Source of the DNA: an uncultured Muribaculaceae bacterium
GTDB lineage: Bacteria > Bacillota_I > Bacilli_A > RF39 > UBA660
Assembly: GCA_964371025.1 (NCBI GenBank)
Contig: CAYJKH010000002.1
Location: 58,929 to 122,928 of the forward strand
Direction of reading: 5' to 3'
DNA: 64,000 bases
The translations under genes and the position numbers were made by a program. Within the stretch, counting starts at the first letter, position 1, and each line of letters starts with the position of its first letter. Below the pieces are notes generated by a model, which was not told the origin of the DNA, did not search any database, and saw nothing but the letters and a program-made list of their open reading frames with translations. Shown here one piece after another: positions 19,845 through 30,579 of this stretch.

Positions 19845-20795
19845 ATGTTTAAAAAAATATATAAAGAAATAAAAAGGTATGACAAAATAGTTATAGCAAG
19901 ACATATTGGAGTAGATCCAGATGCTTTAAGTAGTCAATTAGGATTAAGAGATTCTATAAAGAAAACTTTTCCTGAAAAAGAAGTTTATGCAGTAGGGTCT
20001 GGGAGTAATAAATTTTCGTATATAGGTAAATTAGATAAAAGTAGTGATTTAGGTGATCTAAGTGAAACTCTTTTAATAGTAACTGATACTCCTGATAAAA
20101 AAAGAGTAGATATTGAAAATATAGATGAATATGACTTTGTTATAAAAATAGATCATCATGTTTTTATAGAAGAATTTGGAGATTTAGAATATATAGATGA
20201 TAAAGCTTCATCGGCATGTGAAATTATATTAAGTTTAATTGAAGAAACAAAACTAGAATGTGATTCTTTGATAGCTCAAACTTTATATACTGGACTAGTT
20301 GCAGACTCTAATAGATTCTTATTTAATACATGTACACCAGCTACATTTGCACTAGTTTCAAGATTTTTAGAGAAGTATCCTTTTAATTTACAAGAAGTAT
20401 ATTCTAAAATGTATTTAAGACCAGTTAATGAAGTTAAGTTTGAAGGCTTTTTAGCTCAAAGTATGTTTATTACAGAAAACAAATTAGGATACGTAAAAAT
20501 AACAGAGAAAAATTTAGAAGAGTTTAAAGTAGATACAGCAGCTGCGGGTAATATGATAAATAATTTTAATTTTATAGATGAAATTTTAGTATGGGCAACT
20601 ATTACTGAGGATACTAAAAATGAACAAATTAGAGTATCAGTTCGTTCGCGTGGTCCAGAAATTAATAAAGTATTAGAAAAATTCAAGGGTGGTGGGCATA
20701 AGATGGCAGCTGGTGCCAAAGTGAAAGATTTTGATACAGCTATGGAAATAATGAATAAATTAGACCGTGAACTAGTAAATTATAATAAAGGATAG
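19845..20795 (+). CDS. nrnA: DHH-family phosphoesterase (NrnA-like nanoRNase/pAp phosphatase)
   Basis: DHH motif IKIDHHVF, DHHA1-like C-terminal GGGH. Confidence 0.75.
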   Translation: MFKKIYKEIKRYDKIVIARHIGVDPDALSSQLGLRDSIKKTFPEKEVYAVGSGSNKFSYIGKLDKSSDLGDLSETLLIVTDTPDKKRVDIENIDEYDFVIKIDHHVFIEEFGDLEYIDDKASSACEIILSLIEETKLECDSLIAQTLYTGLVADSNRFLFNTCTPATFALVSRFLEKYPFNLQEVYSKMYLRPVNEVKFEGFLAQSMFITENKLGYVKITEKNLEEFKVDTAAAGNMINNFNFIDEILVWATITEDTKNEQIRVSVRSRGPEINKVLEKFKGGGHKMAAGAKVKDFDTAMEIMNKLDRELVNYNKG

Positions 20796-20805
20796 GGAGG
20801 TAACT

Positions 20806-21393
20806 ATGATAATAAAAGATGTAAATTTAGAAGTTATGGCAACAAGACGTAGCCAGTACCCAGAAGTGGTAAAACCAGAATTTTTACTTGTTGGAAGAAG
20901 TAATGTAGGAAAAAGTAGTTTTATAAATGCTATTTTATCAAGAAAAAATATCGCGTATATTTCCTCGAAACCAGGAAAAACACAAACACTTAACTTTTAT
21001 AAAGTAAATGATGAATTTTATTTAATTGATGTACCAGGATACGGATATGCGGCAGTAGATAAAAAGACACAAAGTAAATTCGGTTTAATGATTGAAGATT
21101 ATTTAGAAAAAAGAGAAGAATTAAAAAGAGTATTTATGTTAGTAGATTTTAGACATAAACCAAGTGAAGATGATGTTTTAATGTATAATTTCTTAAAATA
21201 CTATAATCTGCCAGTTACAATAATTGCAACTAAGTCAGATAAAGTTGGAGGAAGTAAAAAACAAAAAAGTCTTAAACTAATTTTAGATACATTAGATTTA
21301 GTAGTAGGAGATGATTTAGTAGTATTTTCATCAACTACTAAACTTGGAGTAAAAGAAGTACATAAAAAAATAGAATCTTTATTAGAGGTATAA
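20806..21393 (+). CDS. engB: ribosome biogenesis GTP-binding protein YsxC/EngB
   Basis: P-loop GRSNVGKSSFINAI and G4 TKSDK. Confidence 0.9.
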   Translation: MIIKDVNLEVMATRRSQYPEVVKPEFLLVGRSNVGKSSFINAILSRKNIAYISSKPGKTQTLNFYKVNDEFYLIDVPGYGYAAVDKKTQSKFGLMIEDYLEKREELKRVFMLVDFRHKPSEDDVLMYNFLKYYNLPVTIIATKSDKVGGSKKQKSLKLILDTLDLVVGDDLVVFSSTTKLGVKEVHKKIESLLEV

Positions 21394-21406
21394 TATACAT
21401 AATAAA

Positions 21407-22273
21407 TTGATCAGGAGGGTTTTTATGCAAAGTTATTTATCAACACTAGTCCATAAAGAAAGACTAAATAATTTGGATTATTTAGAGTTTATGACAGGTA
21501 AAAAAAGAAAATTTTTAAGAGAAAATATAGATATAGAAAAAGTAGAGTTACTCGATGACATAAGTGAATATTATATGATATGCTATGATGAATTTTTAAT
21601 GTTGGAAAAATTAAAAGAAAATAAAGTTCAGGAAGTATTATTTGAAATAGAAATGAAAAAACTTGAATCTGAAGAGAAAATATATGAAATTCAAGAAGAG
21701 TTAGAATACTTAAAGGAAGAACTTTTAGAGGGAGATATTGATAATTTAAAATATCTTATTAATAATGCTCATTATGAATTATTAATGTGGAATAATAAAA
21801 ATGTAAATGCCAATGTTAAATATGTATTATTACTAGATGATTTAGATAGGTCATATGGTGAACAAAAGTTTTCAAAAACAAAAACAGAAAATAAGGCCAA
21901 TAAAGCAGCACTTCTTAGAAATTGTGGTATCTTAGAATATAATGAAGAAGAGAGTGATTTTTGTTTTGAAAAAAATAAATTAAGAGAAGAATATATGGAA
22001 AAATTTGGAGAAGATGAAAAGTTTGATGAGTTTTTAGATATATTAGATGCTGAACAAAATGCTTATAAGAATATTTTAGCAGCATCATATATTTTATTGA
22101 ATAAAACAAAAACACCTGAAGAAATTCAAAGTTCAAATGAAGCAACATTATTTAGTATTAATAGAGTTCCCCACTTAGCGCTAAATACTATTTTTGATTT
22201 AGAAAAAGATTTTGAAATAAAAAAAGATATTAAGGAATATTCAAAATATCTAAGTAAAACAAAAAAAGATTAA
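21407..22273 (+). CDS. hypothetical coiled-coil protein
   Basis: Long ORF on the coding strand. Start may be ATG 21425. Confidence 0.45.
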   Translation: MIRRVFMQSYLSTLVHKERLNNLDYLEFMTGKKRKFLRENIDIEKVELLDDISEYYMICYDEFLMLEKLKENKVQEVLFEIEMKKLESEEKIYEIQEELEYLKEELLEGDIDNLKYLINNAHYELLMWNNKNVNANVKYVLLLDDLDRSYGEQKFSKTKTENKANKAALLRNCGILEYNEEESDFCFEKNKLREEYMEKFGEDEKFDEFLDILDAEQNAYKNILAASYILLNKTKTPEEIQSSNEATLFSINRVPHLALNTIFDLEKDFEIKKDIKEYSKYLSKTKKD

Positions 22274-22276
22274 CTT

Positions 22277-22465
22277 TTATAAGTTATCTCTTTTTTTTAT
22301 GATTTTTTCTAATTTAGCGCGTTCTTTACCAATTTTAGTACATTTTTTACTAAATTCATCAATAGAAATAGATTTATGTTTATATCTTTCTTCTAGCATA
22401 TGTAAAGATTTATCTAACATTTCTAAAGAACGCTCTGGATTAATAACTTTCTTTTTAAAAAACAT
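22277..22465 (-). CDS. small basic protein (SHOCT-like C-terminal motif), translationally coupled to der
   Basis: GGAG RBS lies inside the der 3' end. der TAA-tt-ATG spacing. 62 aa. Confidence 0.45.
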   Translation of the reverse strand: MFFKKKVINPERSLEMLDKSLHMLEERYKHKSISIDEFSKKCTKIGKERAKLEKIIKKRDNL

Positions 22466-22467
22466 AA

Positions 22468-23775
22468 TTATTCATCTCCGCTTCTATTTTTAAATTTTAA
22501 TACAATAGGAGTCCCTTCAAAGTCAAAGTTTTCTCTTATTTTATTTTCTAAATATCTTTCATATGAGAAATGAACTAATCCTTTATTATTAACTCTAAAA
22601 GTAAATTTAGGAGGAGTAGTTCCTGTTTGTGATACAAATAATATTTTTAATCTATTACCTTTATATGAAGGCGGTAGATGTAACTGATATGCATCTGCTA
22701 TAACATTATTTAAAATACTAGTTTTAATTTCTTTATGAATAACTTCTCCAACTTTGATAACCTCTGGCATTAAAGTATGAATTCTTTTTTTAGTAAGTGC
22801 TGATAAAAATACAATAGGGGCATAAGTCGCAAATTGAAATTCTGCTCTCATCAATTTTTTAAAGTCATTAATAGTAGTGTCTTTTACTAAGTCCCATTTG
22901 TTAACAACGAAAATTAAACCTTTACCACGCTCAATTGCATATCCTGCAATATGTTTATCATGTTCTGTAATACCTTCTTCAGCATTAATAACTACTAAAC
23001 AAATATCACTATTATCGATTGATTTCATCGATCTTAATAAACTATATTTTTCAATTGATTCAAATACTCTTCCTTTTTTTCTCATTCCTGCCGTATCAAT
23101 TAAGACATATTCTTTATTATGATATTTTAATACTGAGTCAATTGAATCTCTTGTTGTTCCAGAAATATCTGATACTACAACTCTTTCTTCGTTAAGTAAA
23201 GCGTTCATTAAAGAACTTTTACCAACATTAGGTCTACCAATAATTGAAAATTTTAATCGATCATCTTCATCTTCTTCACTATCATGAAATTTATCAGTAA
23301 CTTTATCTAATAGTTCAATAAATCCATAATTATGCATACCACTTACTGGAAAATAATGATCAAATCCTAATTCATAAAAATCATAAATATTATCTTTTAC
23401 TGCTTTAACATCACTTTTATTGATAGCAACGATTACTTCTTTATTACTTTTTCTTAAAATATCTCTAACTAATAAATCATTAGCAGTTAATCCTTCTTTA
23501 CCATCTACTACAAAAATTACAATATCTGCTTCTTTAATTGCAATTTCTGCTTGCATTTTAATTTCCGTATTAAACTGTAATTTAGAAGAATCTATTCCAC
23601 CAGTATCAATTAAATAAAATTTCTTATTATTATAATTTGCTTCTTGATATATTCTATCTCTCGTAACACCTGGAGTGTCCTCGATAATAGAAGTTCTACT
23701 TCTTGTTAATTTATTAAATAATGTTGATTTACCAACATTAGGTCTACCAACAATCGCTACTGTAGGTATTGCCAT
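22468..23775 (-). CDS. der: ribosome-associated GTPase Der/EngA
   Basis: Two GTPase domains (GRPNVGKSTLFN and GRPNVGKSSLMN) plus C-terminal KH-like domain. Confidence 0.95.
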   Translation of the reverse strand: MAIPTVAIVGRPNVGKSTLFNKLTRSRTSIIEDTPGVTRDRIYQEANYNNKKFYLIDTGGIDSSKLQFNTEIKMQAEIAIKEADIVIFVVDGKEGLTANDLLVRDILRKSNKEVIVAINKSDVKAVKDNIYDFYELGFDHYFPVSGMHNYGFIELLDKVTDKFHDSEEDEDDRLKFSIIGRPNVGKSSLMNALLNEERVVVSDISGTTRDSIDSVLKYHNKEYVLIDTAGMRKKGRVFESIEKYSLLRSMKSIDNSDICLVVINAEEGITEHDKHIAGYAIERGKGLIFVVNKWDLVKDTTINDFKKLMRAEFQFATYAPIVFLSALTKKRIHTLMPEVIKVGEVIHKEIKTSILNNVIADAYQLHLPPSYKGNRLKILFVSQTGTTPPKFTFRVNNKGLVHFSYERYLENKIRENFDFEGTPIVLKFKNRSGDE

Positions 23776-23878
23776 ATTACCACTCCCAATTCAAAGGTAT
23801 TATAACACATAATTAAAATAATATAAAGAATTATTGAAAAAGTGTGCTATAATTAATTCATAATATAAGGAGGTAAAT

Positions 23879-24496
23879 GTGAAAAAGGAAAAAAATATAA
23901 AATATTATAGTAATCCAAATATAATTGTTAACTCTATTATAATAGTATTAATTATTGGAATGATATTTTCTCAAACATTTTTAATAGATAATACTATTGA
24001 TTCAATGTTTGAATCAATAGTAAGTGTAATTAATCATAATAGTATTAATATATTAATATTAGCTTATTTCATAGCATTAAAGTTTAAAGTAGGAAAGGTT
24101 AATTTTAATTATTTTAATATATTTTTAACAATATTATATTTAATAATTAGTATTACATCAGTTTTAGCTTTAATTCAAAATATAACATTAATATCTATAT
24201 TAACTTTAATTATTCATATAATTATTTTGTTATATATAATTAATTCACTATTTATAGAAACTAAAATATGGGAAGTATATAAACTAGATAAATCATTTTT
24301 AAATACAATAACAAATACTAATTATTTTAATTCAGTTATTATAATTTCAATAATACTAGTATCGGTAAGTTTAATTACAATAGAAAGAGTAGAGTTATTA
24401 GTATTAACTGTTATTGATAGCTTGATATTTGTTCTAATAGCAAGATATTTATTCTTATATGGAAGACATGTTAGTAAAAAAGGAGGTAGCAAATAA
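23879..24496 (+). CDS. polytopic membrane protein (hypothetical)
   Basis: GTG start after GGAGG RBS. Several hydrophobic helices. Confidence 0.45.
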   Translation: MKKEKNIKYYSNPNIIVNSIIIVLIIGMIFSQTFLIDNTIDSMFESIVSVINHNSINILILAYFIALKFKVGKVNFNYFNIFLTILYLIISITSVLALIQNITLISILTLIIHIIILLYIINSLFIETKIWEVYKLDKSFLNTITNTNYFNSVIIISIILVSVSLITIERVELLVLTVIDSLIFVLIARYLFLYGRHVSKKGGSK

Positions 24497-24837
24497 TGAA
24501 TTTATTTACAGAAATAGATAAAGTGAAAAAAGAACTACCCGTAGCTATTAATATAAAAAAAAGAATAGATGATACAAAATTTAATGTATATCAAAAATTT
24601 GCAGTAATATTATTTATAGTATGTTTTATATTATCAATTGTATTTGCAAACTTATTTCCAATTTGTTCTGCTAGTGGAGGAGTTTTAAATAATGTTTGTG
24701 TATCAACGGAATTTAACTTTTCTTTAATGTTATTATTATGGTTTTGTAGTGTATTATTAGCAGTCTTTTACTATGCTATCGGACACATAATATTATTATT
24801 AACTACTATTAATGATAAAATGGGTAAAAAAAAGTAA
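24496..24837 (+). CDS. small membrane protein (hypothetical)
   Basis: Overlapping start/stop with the upstream gene. Two TM segments. Confidence 0.45.
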   Translation: MNLFTEIDKVKKELPVAINIKKRIDDTKFNVYQKFAVILFIVCFILSIVFANLFPICSASGGVLNNVCVSTEFNFSLMLLLWFCSVLLAVFYYAIGHIILLLTTINDKMGKKK

Positions 24838-24931
24838 AAAATCCTTGTAATTGCTTGTTTTTATAAAAAAAATGTGTTAAATTTTATATGTAAGCATAAG
24901 GCTTATATATATTTTAGGAGGATTATAGAAT

Positions 24932-25204
24932 ATGAAAAAAATAGAATTAGTAGAAGCAGTAGCAACTTCAACAGAATTAACAAAAGTACAAGCAACTAAA
25001 GCAATTGATGCAGTTTTCGCTACAATTGAAAAAGCATTAGTTAATGGTGAAAAAGTACCAGTAGCCGGATTTGGAACATTTGCAATTTCTGAAAGAGCTG
25101 CACGTGAAGGGCGTAACCCAAGAACTGGTGAAACAGTTAAAATTGCTGCAAGAAAAGCAGTTACATTTAAAGCTGGAACAGCTCTTAAAGACGCAGTTAA
25201 CTAG
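24932..25204 (+). CDS. hup: DNA-binding protein HU
   Basis: 90 aa, with GFGTFAISERAAREGRNPRTGE arm. Confidence 0.95.
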   Translation: MKKIELVEAVATSTELTKVQATKAIDAVFATIEKALVNGEKVPVAGFGTFAISERAAREGRNPRTGETVKIAARKAVTFKAGTALKDAVN

Positions 25205-25212
25205 TTTACATT

Positions 25213-25239
25213 AAACATGAAAAATTTCATGTTTTTTTT
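25213..25239 (+). terminator. rho-independent terminator after hup
   Basis: CATGAAA-aat-TTCATG hairpin followed by T8. Confidence 0.75.
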
Positions 25240-25281
25240 GTGCTTTATAAAATAACTTGATATAATTAAAGGGGTGAATAT

Positions 25282-26382
25282 ATGAAAAAAATAGCAATTA
25301 GTTTTATTGAAAAAATTATAGATGAAGGATATGAAGCTTATATAGTAGGAGGATATGTTCGAAATTATTTATTAGGAATTGATTCTAAAGATATTGATGT
25401 GAATACTAGTGCAACTCCAAAACAAATAAGAGAGATATTTAAAGAAGCGTGTTCTGCCACTGATAATTATGGATCAGTTGACGTTTTATATAAAGGTATA
25501 TATTTTGATGTTACTACTTTCAGAAAAGAGAGTAGTTATACAAATAATCGACAACCAGATAAAGTTACATATATTAAAGATTTAAAGGAAGATTTACAAA
25601 GAAGAGATTTTACAATTAATACAATTTGTTTAAATAAGGATAGTGAAATAATAGACCATTTAAACGGTAGAGAAGACATTAAATTAAAACTTATTAAAAG
25701 TGTTGGAATAGCAGATGATAAATTTAGAGAAGATGCCTTAAGAATTCTTAGAGCAGTTAGATTTGCAGCTACTTTAAATTTTGAATTAACACCAGATGTA
25801 GTAGAAGCTATTAAAAATAATAAACATTTATTAAAAAATGTATCAAAAGTTAGAAAAAAAGAAGAGTTAGATAAAATATTTACTAGTATTGATTTAGAAA
25901 GAGCAATTGATTTATTAATAGACTTAGAACTTGATAAAGAATTAGGGTTAAAAGATTTAAAATTAGTTCATAATGGTAATACTTTAATTGGAATTTGGAG
26001 TATATTAAATGTTGTGGATATATATCCGTTTACAAATAATGAAAAAGAGTTAATAGAGGATGTTAATGAAGTTTTAGGACTAGATATATTTGATCCTTAT
26101 ACTATGTATAAGTATGGGTTATACGTGTGTAGTGTAGCAGGAGAAATATTAAATTTAGATAAAAAAGAAATAACAAAAAAATATGATAGCTTAGATATTA
26201 AAAGTAGAAAAGATATAGTATTAAAAGGGGAAGATATAATAAAACTTTTAGATACTAAACCAGGAGAACATTTAAAAGAAATTATAAATGATCTAGAATT
26301 AGCAATTTTAAATAAAAAAATAACTAATGAATATAATAATTTATCTAGTTATTTATTAGAAAAATATAAAATATATGAATAA
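25282..26382 (+). CDS. cca: CCA-adding tRNA nucleotidyltransferase
   Basis: Pol-beta head motif GGYVRNYLLG..DIDV. Confidence 0.8.
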   Translation: MKKIAISFIEKIIDEGYEAYIVGGYVRNYLLGIDSKDIDVNTSATPKQIREIFKEACSATDNYGSVDVLYKGIYFDVTTFRKESSYTNNRQPDKVTYIKDLKEDLQRRDFTINTICLNKDSEIIDHLNGREDIKLKLIKSVGIADDKFREDALRILRAVRFAATLNFELTPDVVEAIKNNKHLLKNVSKVRKKEELDKIFTSIDLERAIDLLIDLELDKELGLKDLKLVHNGNTLIGIWSILNVVDIYPFTNNEKELIEDVNEVLGLDIFDPYTMYKYGLYVCSVAGEILNLDKKEITKKYDSLDIKSRKDIVLKGEDIIKLLDTKPGEHLKEIINDLELAILNKKITNEYNNLSSYLLEKYKIYE

Positions 26383-26442
26383 GGTACGTAAAGTATCTTT
26401 TTTTTTCTATTTATGGTATATTAATGGAAATGGAGGGAACCT

Positions 26443-27120
26443 ATGAAAAATGAAAAATTAGCAGAGTTATTTACTTTAGGTAACGTAGTTATTCCTATTT
26501 ATTTTTTACAAAAGTATAAAGAGTTAAAAATAGAAATGGATGAATTTATCTTTTTAATGTATTTATATAATCAAGGGAATAAATTTATATTTGATCCTGC
26601 TAAATTTTCTAGTAGTTTAAATATTACATTAGAAGAGGTAATGACGTATATATTTAATTTAGGAGAGAAAAAGATAATTAGAGTAGAAGTGATGGAAAAT
26701 AGTCATGGAGTAAAAGAAGATGTAGTAGTATTAGATGACTTTTATAATAAGATGTCATTATTAACAATTGAAAATGTCAATCAATCTTCTAAATCAATAG
26801 AATCAGATATTTTTTCAATTATAGAAAGTGAATTTGGAAGAACGTTATCCCCTATAGAATACGAAATTATAAAAGCTTGGTTAGAAAGTGATGTAAATGA
26901 AGAATTAATTAAAGCAGCCGTAAAAGAAACAGTTTTAAATGGAGTTTCCAACTTGAGATATATGGATAAGATAATATATGAATGGGGAAAACTGGGAATA
27001 AAAACAGTAGAAGACTTGGAAAAAAGAAATAAAAAGAAAAAACAACAACAAGAAAATGATGAAGATTTAGGAGATCTTGATATTGATGTTGTTGATTGGG
27101 AATGGTATAACGAGGAGTAA
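26443..27120 (+). CDS. DnaD-domain replication initiation/membrane attachment protein
   Basis: C-terminal DnaD-like motif YEWGKLGIKTVEDL. Confidence 0.6.
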   Translation: MKNEKLAELFTLGNVVIPIYFLQKYKELKIEMDEFIFLMYLYNQGNKFIFDPAKFSSSLNITLEEVMTYIFNLGEKKIIRVEVMENSHGVKEDVVVLDDFYNKMSLLTIENVNQSSKSIESDIFSIIESEFGRTLSPIEYEIIKAWLESDVNEELIKAAVKETVLNGVSNLRYMDKIIYEWGKLGIKTVEDLEKRNKKKKQQQENDEDLGDLDIDVVDWEWYNEE

Positions 27121-27126
27121 TAAGAT

Positions 27127-27927
27127 ATGAATTTAATAACTATGTTTCAAGAAATGATAAAACCAATTAAATTAAAAGGAATAGGCATTGTAAATCCACT
27201 TGCTACTTCCATATATGATAATAATTTAAAAATTATAAGACAATTAGATGTTAATTTTTTCATATATACTAAAAATAATACTAGTATTGCAATAGATGCT
27301 GGGTATCAAGAAAACAGCAACTTAGACAAACAATTAAAAGATATAAATGCTAATAATAAAAAAATAAAAGCAGTTTTTATAACTCATGCTGATATAGATC
27401 ATGCTGGAGGTTTAATATCAGAAAACAAATTTGCTCCTAAGGCTGATATATATTTACATGAAAAAGAGGAAAAAATGATTTTAGGAGAAGAAAGAAGATT
27501 TACAGTAGGTCCATTAAAATTAAAGAACCCAGTTAAATATAAAGGCATATATAAACTATTTAAAGATAGAGAAATAATATATGTAGATGATATAAAAATA
27601 GAAATATATCATACTCCAGGGCATACTAATGGTCATACGGTTTTCTTAGTAGATGATAAATATCTTTTCACAGGAGATAGTATAGCAACTAATGAAAATG
27701 GAGGATATAGTTTCTTTGACTTTTATAATATGAATACACAAAAAAATATAAAATCATTAGTAAAACTAAAAGAATTATTAAACAATAAAAATAATTTAAT
27801 AGTATGTACTTCCCATAATGGAATATATCCTTATAAAGAAGCTTTTTCTCATATTACAGAAATTGCTAAAGGTACAAAAAAAGAACCATTCGATAAAATG
27901 GCTCCCTATGATATATTTAATAAATAA
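27127..27927 (+). CDS. MBL-fold metallo-hydrolase
   Basis: HADIDHAGG metal-binding motif. Confidence 0.7.
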   Translation: MNLITMFQEMIKPIKLKGIGIVNPLATSIYDNNLKIIRQLDVNFFIYTKNNTSIAIDAGYQENSNLDKQLKDINANNKKIKAVFITHADIDHAGGLISENKFAPKADIYLHEKEEKMILGEERRFTVGPLKLKNPVKYKGIYKLFKDREIIYVDDIKIEIYHTPGHTNGHTVFLVDDKYLFTGDSIATNENGGYSFFDFYNMNTQKNIKSLVKLKELLNNKNNLIVCTSHNGIYPYKEAFSHITEIAKGTKKEPFDKMAPYDIFNK

Positions 27928-27957
27928 AAAATACTAGTTAATTCTAGTATTTTTATT
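27928..27957. terminator. bidirectional terminator between MBL hydrolase and PBP1A genes
   Basis: AAAATACTAG-ttaat-TCTAGTATTTT palindrome. Confidence 0.65.
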
Positions 27958-30579
27958 TTATGGTGTAGTTTCTGAATCTGGATCTTCTGGATCTGGAATT
28001 TCTGGATTTTCTGGATCTGGAATTTCAGGTTCTTCTGGTTCAACAATTACTTCTTCTTCTAAGTTATAAGTAACTGCACCACTTTGAACGCTATTATAGT
28101 CTTTATATGTTGCAACTATTTTATATACTCCGTAAGGAGAACTTGTATTAAATACATATCTAGTATCTTTAGTAAATGCTATTAATACACCATCCTTAAA
28201 TATATTGTATCCTAATTCACCATAAGCTTCATCTTCTTCAAGTCGAGCAACAGCGTTCCAACTCATTGTAACAGCAGTACTACCATCATAAGAAACATTG
28301 AAGTTTCCAGGATTAGCTAGTTTAGTAGCTGTGTTTGTATCATCTACTTCTCCAGTAGGTTCATGTCCTTTTTTAAATAATTCCATTGTTGTATTACCGC
28401 CTTCTGAACCAATAGCTGGAGGATTAGATCCTTTAACTATTGGAAGGGAAACAACACTATCTGGCATTTCAAATTTAGATCTATTTGATTCGATAGCTCC
28501 TGCATTTAAAAGAGCTTTCCATATTTTATCTTTTTCAATACTTGCTTGTAAATTTCTTAATACATAATCACTATCGATGAAATCATATCCATACCATAGA
28601 CCCATAACTGTATCAGGAGAGTAACCAATTAACCAAGAATCTGGAATAGCATCTCCTGGTAGACCATGTTTATTAATAGTTGCTACATCATAATTTGTTG
28701 TTCCTGTTTTTGCAGCAATATTAGTAGGAGTACCACCAGTTAATTGAATATCTTCTAAAACATCTGTAATCATATAAGCAGTAGCATCTGACATTGCTTG
28801 AACTGATTCAGTTTTAGTTTCAACTGTTTCATTTGTTTCACGATTTACATATTTTTTTATACTACTAGGTTCATTATAATAACCGCCATTAGCAAATGCA
28901 GCATAAGCAGCACTCATTTCTAAAGAATTAGTACCATTAAATCCACCAATAGAGTGGGCTTCATGTATCATTCCATTAGAAATTTCAGGAGTTATTCCTA
29001 AATTAGTAACCATTTCAATTATTTTATCATTATCAACTTCTTGGAAGGCTTTTAGTGCCGGTATATTTCTTGAAGTTGCTAAGGCTGTTCTTAAAGTAAT
29101 GTTCCCAAAGTAACCATTATCCCAGTTTTTAATTGATTGTCCACCAGAATAAGTATGGGGAGCATCGTTAAATATTTTAGCTGTAGACCAGTTATTGTAT
29201 TCTATACCAGGGGCATAATCAAATAAAGGCTTAGCAGTTGATCCTGGTTGGCGATTATTTTGAGTTGCATAATTCCACTGATTAGCACCTTCACGATTAC
29301 GTCCAGCTCCAATTGCTAAAATTTGACCAGTATCTGCATCTAATACAGATACTCCAGCTTGAACTTTATCATCTTTCCATGAGTAATCTTCACCGCTCAT
29401 AATACTATTAACTGCATCTTGTTTATCAGGATCCATGTTTGTATAGATAAGTAGAGGAGTTACATAGGGATTTAAATTATGTTTTTCATCCATTTCTTCA
29501 ACAACTGTATCAATATAATCTTGATATTCACTACTTTCATTAATACTAGAATCCACAATTAAAGATTCTACAGGAACTTCATTAGCGATTTTTGCCTCTT
29601 CAGCAGTAATATATCCATGTGTTTCCATCAAATGAAGAACTGTTTCACGTCTATTTTCAGCATTTTCAGGATTAATATCAGGTCTATAAATATTAGGAGA
29701 TTGGAAAAGTCCTGCTATAACAGCTGCTTCCGATAAATTTAATTGACTAACATCTTTTCCGAAGTAAGCCATTGAAGCTTCTTGAACTCCATAAACATTT
29801 CCTCCTAAGAAATGGTTATTTACATAAAATTCTATAATTTCTTGTTTTGAATAATCTTGCTCTAAATGGAATACAGATAAGTATACATCTGTAAACTTTC
29901 TAATAATCCCTTCAATACCAGATGCTTCAGTAGAAGTCATGGTATTTTTAATAACTTGCATTGATAAAGTAGAAGCACCACCGGCATTACTGTTACCCAT
30001 TAATTGCCCTAAAGATGCTTTAGCAAAACGAGGAGCATCCAGTCCGTTATGTTGGAAAAATCTCGAATCTTCAGTAGCGATAATTGCATCAACTAAAACT
30101 TCAGGCAATTGATCATAAGTAATTTTTTCTCTCATTTCACTACCGAGTTTAATTATTTCATCACCATTTTTATCATACATAATACTAACTTCTTTAGTAT
30201 TTAATTTTTTAGTTTCATATAATCCTTGAGCATCTATCATAATATATGCGAAAAATGCTACAAAGATAGTAATACCTATAATACATAAACTAAGTAAAAC
30301 AATAATTAAACGATTAACTCTTCTTCTTTTCTTTTTGTCATTTTTAGATTTTTTTAATATAATTGCTAATCCAATAATTAATAATAATCCTAAAGCAGTT
30401 ATTGCTGTGAAAATTAATCCCGTAACAAAATAGAAGACTACTAGTATTAAAGCAAGTAATACTAAAGTTATTTTAAAGTTCTTTTTTTCTAATCTTGTAA
30501 ATTTAACTTTAGGAGTTTTATTATTTGCTTCAAATTCTTTTGAAATAGATTTTTTATTTTTATTTTTTTTATTAGTCAT
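27958..30579 (-). CDS. ponA: bifunctional class A penicillin-binding protein 1A (glycosyltransferase + transpeptidase) with C-terminal Fn3-like region and PE-rich tail
   Basis: GT51 motifs EDSRFFQHNGLD and RKF. Transpeptidase SxxK STAKP, SxN SRN, KTGT. 873 aa. Confidence 0.92.
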   Translation of the reverse strand: MTNKKNKNKKSISKEFEANNKTPKVKFTRLEKKNFKITLVLLALILVVFYFVTGLIFTAITALGLLLIIGLAIILKKSKNDKKKRRRVNRLIIVLLSLCIIGITIFVAFFAYIMIDAQGLYETKKLNTKEVSIMYDKNGDEIIKLGSEMREKITYDQLPEVLVDAIIATEDSRFFQHNGLDAPRFAKASLGQLMGNSNAGGASTLSMQVIKNTMTSTEASGIEGIIRKFTDVYLSVFHLEQDYSKQEIIEFYVNNHFLGGNVYGVQEASMAYFGKDVSQLNLSEAAVIAGLFQSPNIYRPDINPENAENRRETVLHLMETHGYITAEEAKIANEVPVESLIVDSSINESSEYQDYIDTVVEEMDEKHNLNPYVTPLLIYTNMDPDKQDAVNSIMSGEDYSWKDDKVQAGVSVLDADTGQILAIGAGRNREGANQWNYATQNNRQPGSTAKPLFDYAPGIEYNNWSTAKIFNDAPHTYSGGQSIKNWDNGYFGNITLRTALATSRNIPALKAFQEVDNDKIIEMVTNLGITPEISNGMIHEAHSIGGFNGTNSLEMSAAYAAFANGGYYNEPSSIKKYVNRETNETVETKTESVQAMSDATAYMITDVLEDIQLTGGTPTNIAAKTGTTNYDVATINKHGLPGDAIPDSWLIGYSPDTVMGLWYGYDFIDSDYVLRNLQASIEKDKIWKALLNAGAIESNRSKFEMPDSVVSLPIVKGSNPPAIGSEGGNTTMELFKKGHEPTGEVDDTNTATKLANPGNFNVSYDGSTAVTMSWNAVARLEEDEAYGELGYNIFKDGVLIAFTKDTRYVFNTSSPYGVYKIVATYKDYNSVQSGAVTYNLEEEVIVEPEEPEIPDPENPEIPDPEDPDSETTP
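27975..28045. repeat. short tandem DNA repeat encoding the PEIPDPE tail of PBP1A
   Basis: Reiterated tctggatctggaatttctgga units. Confidence 0.45.
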
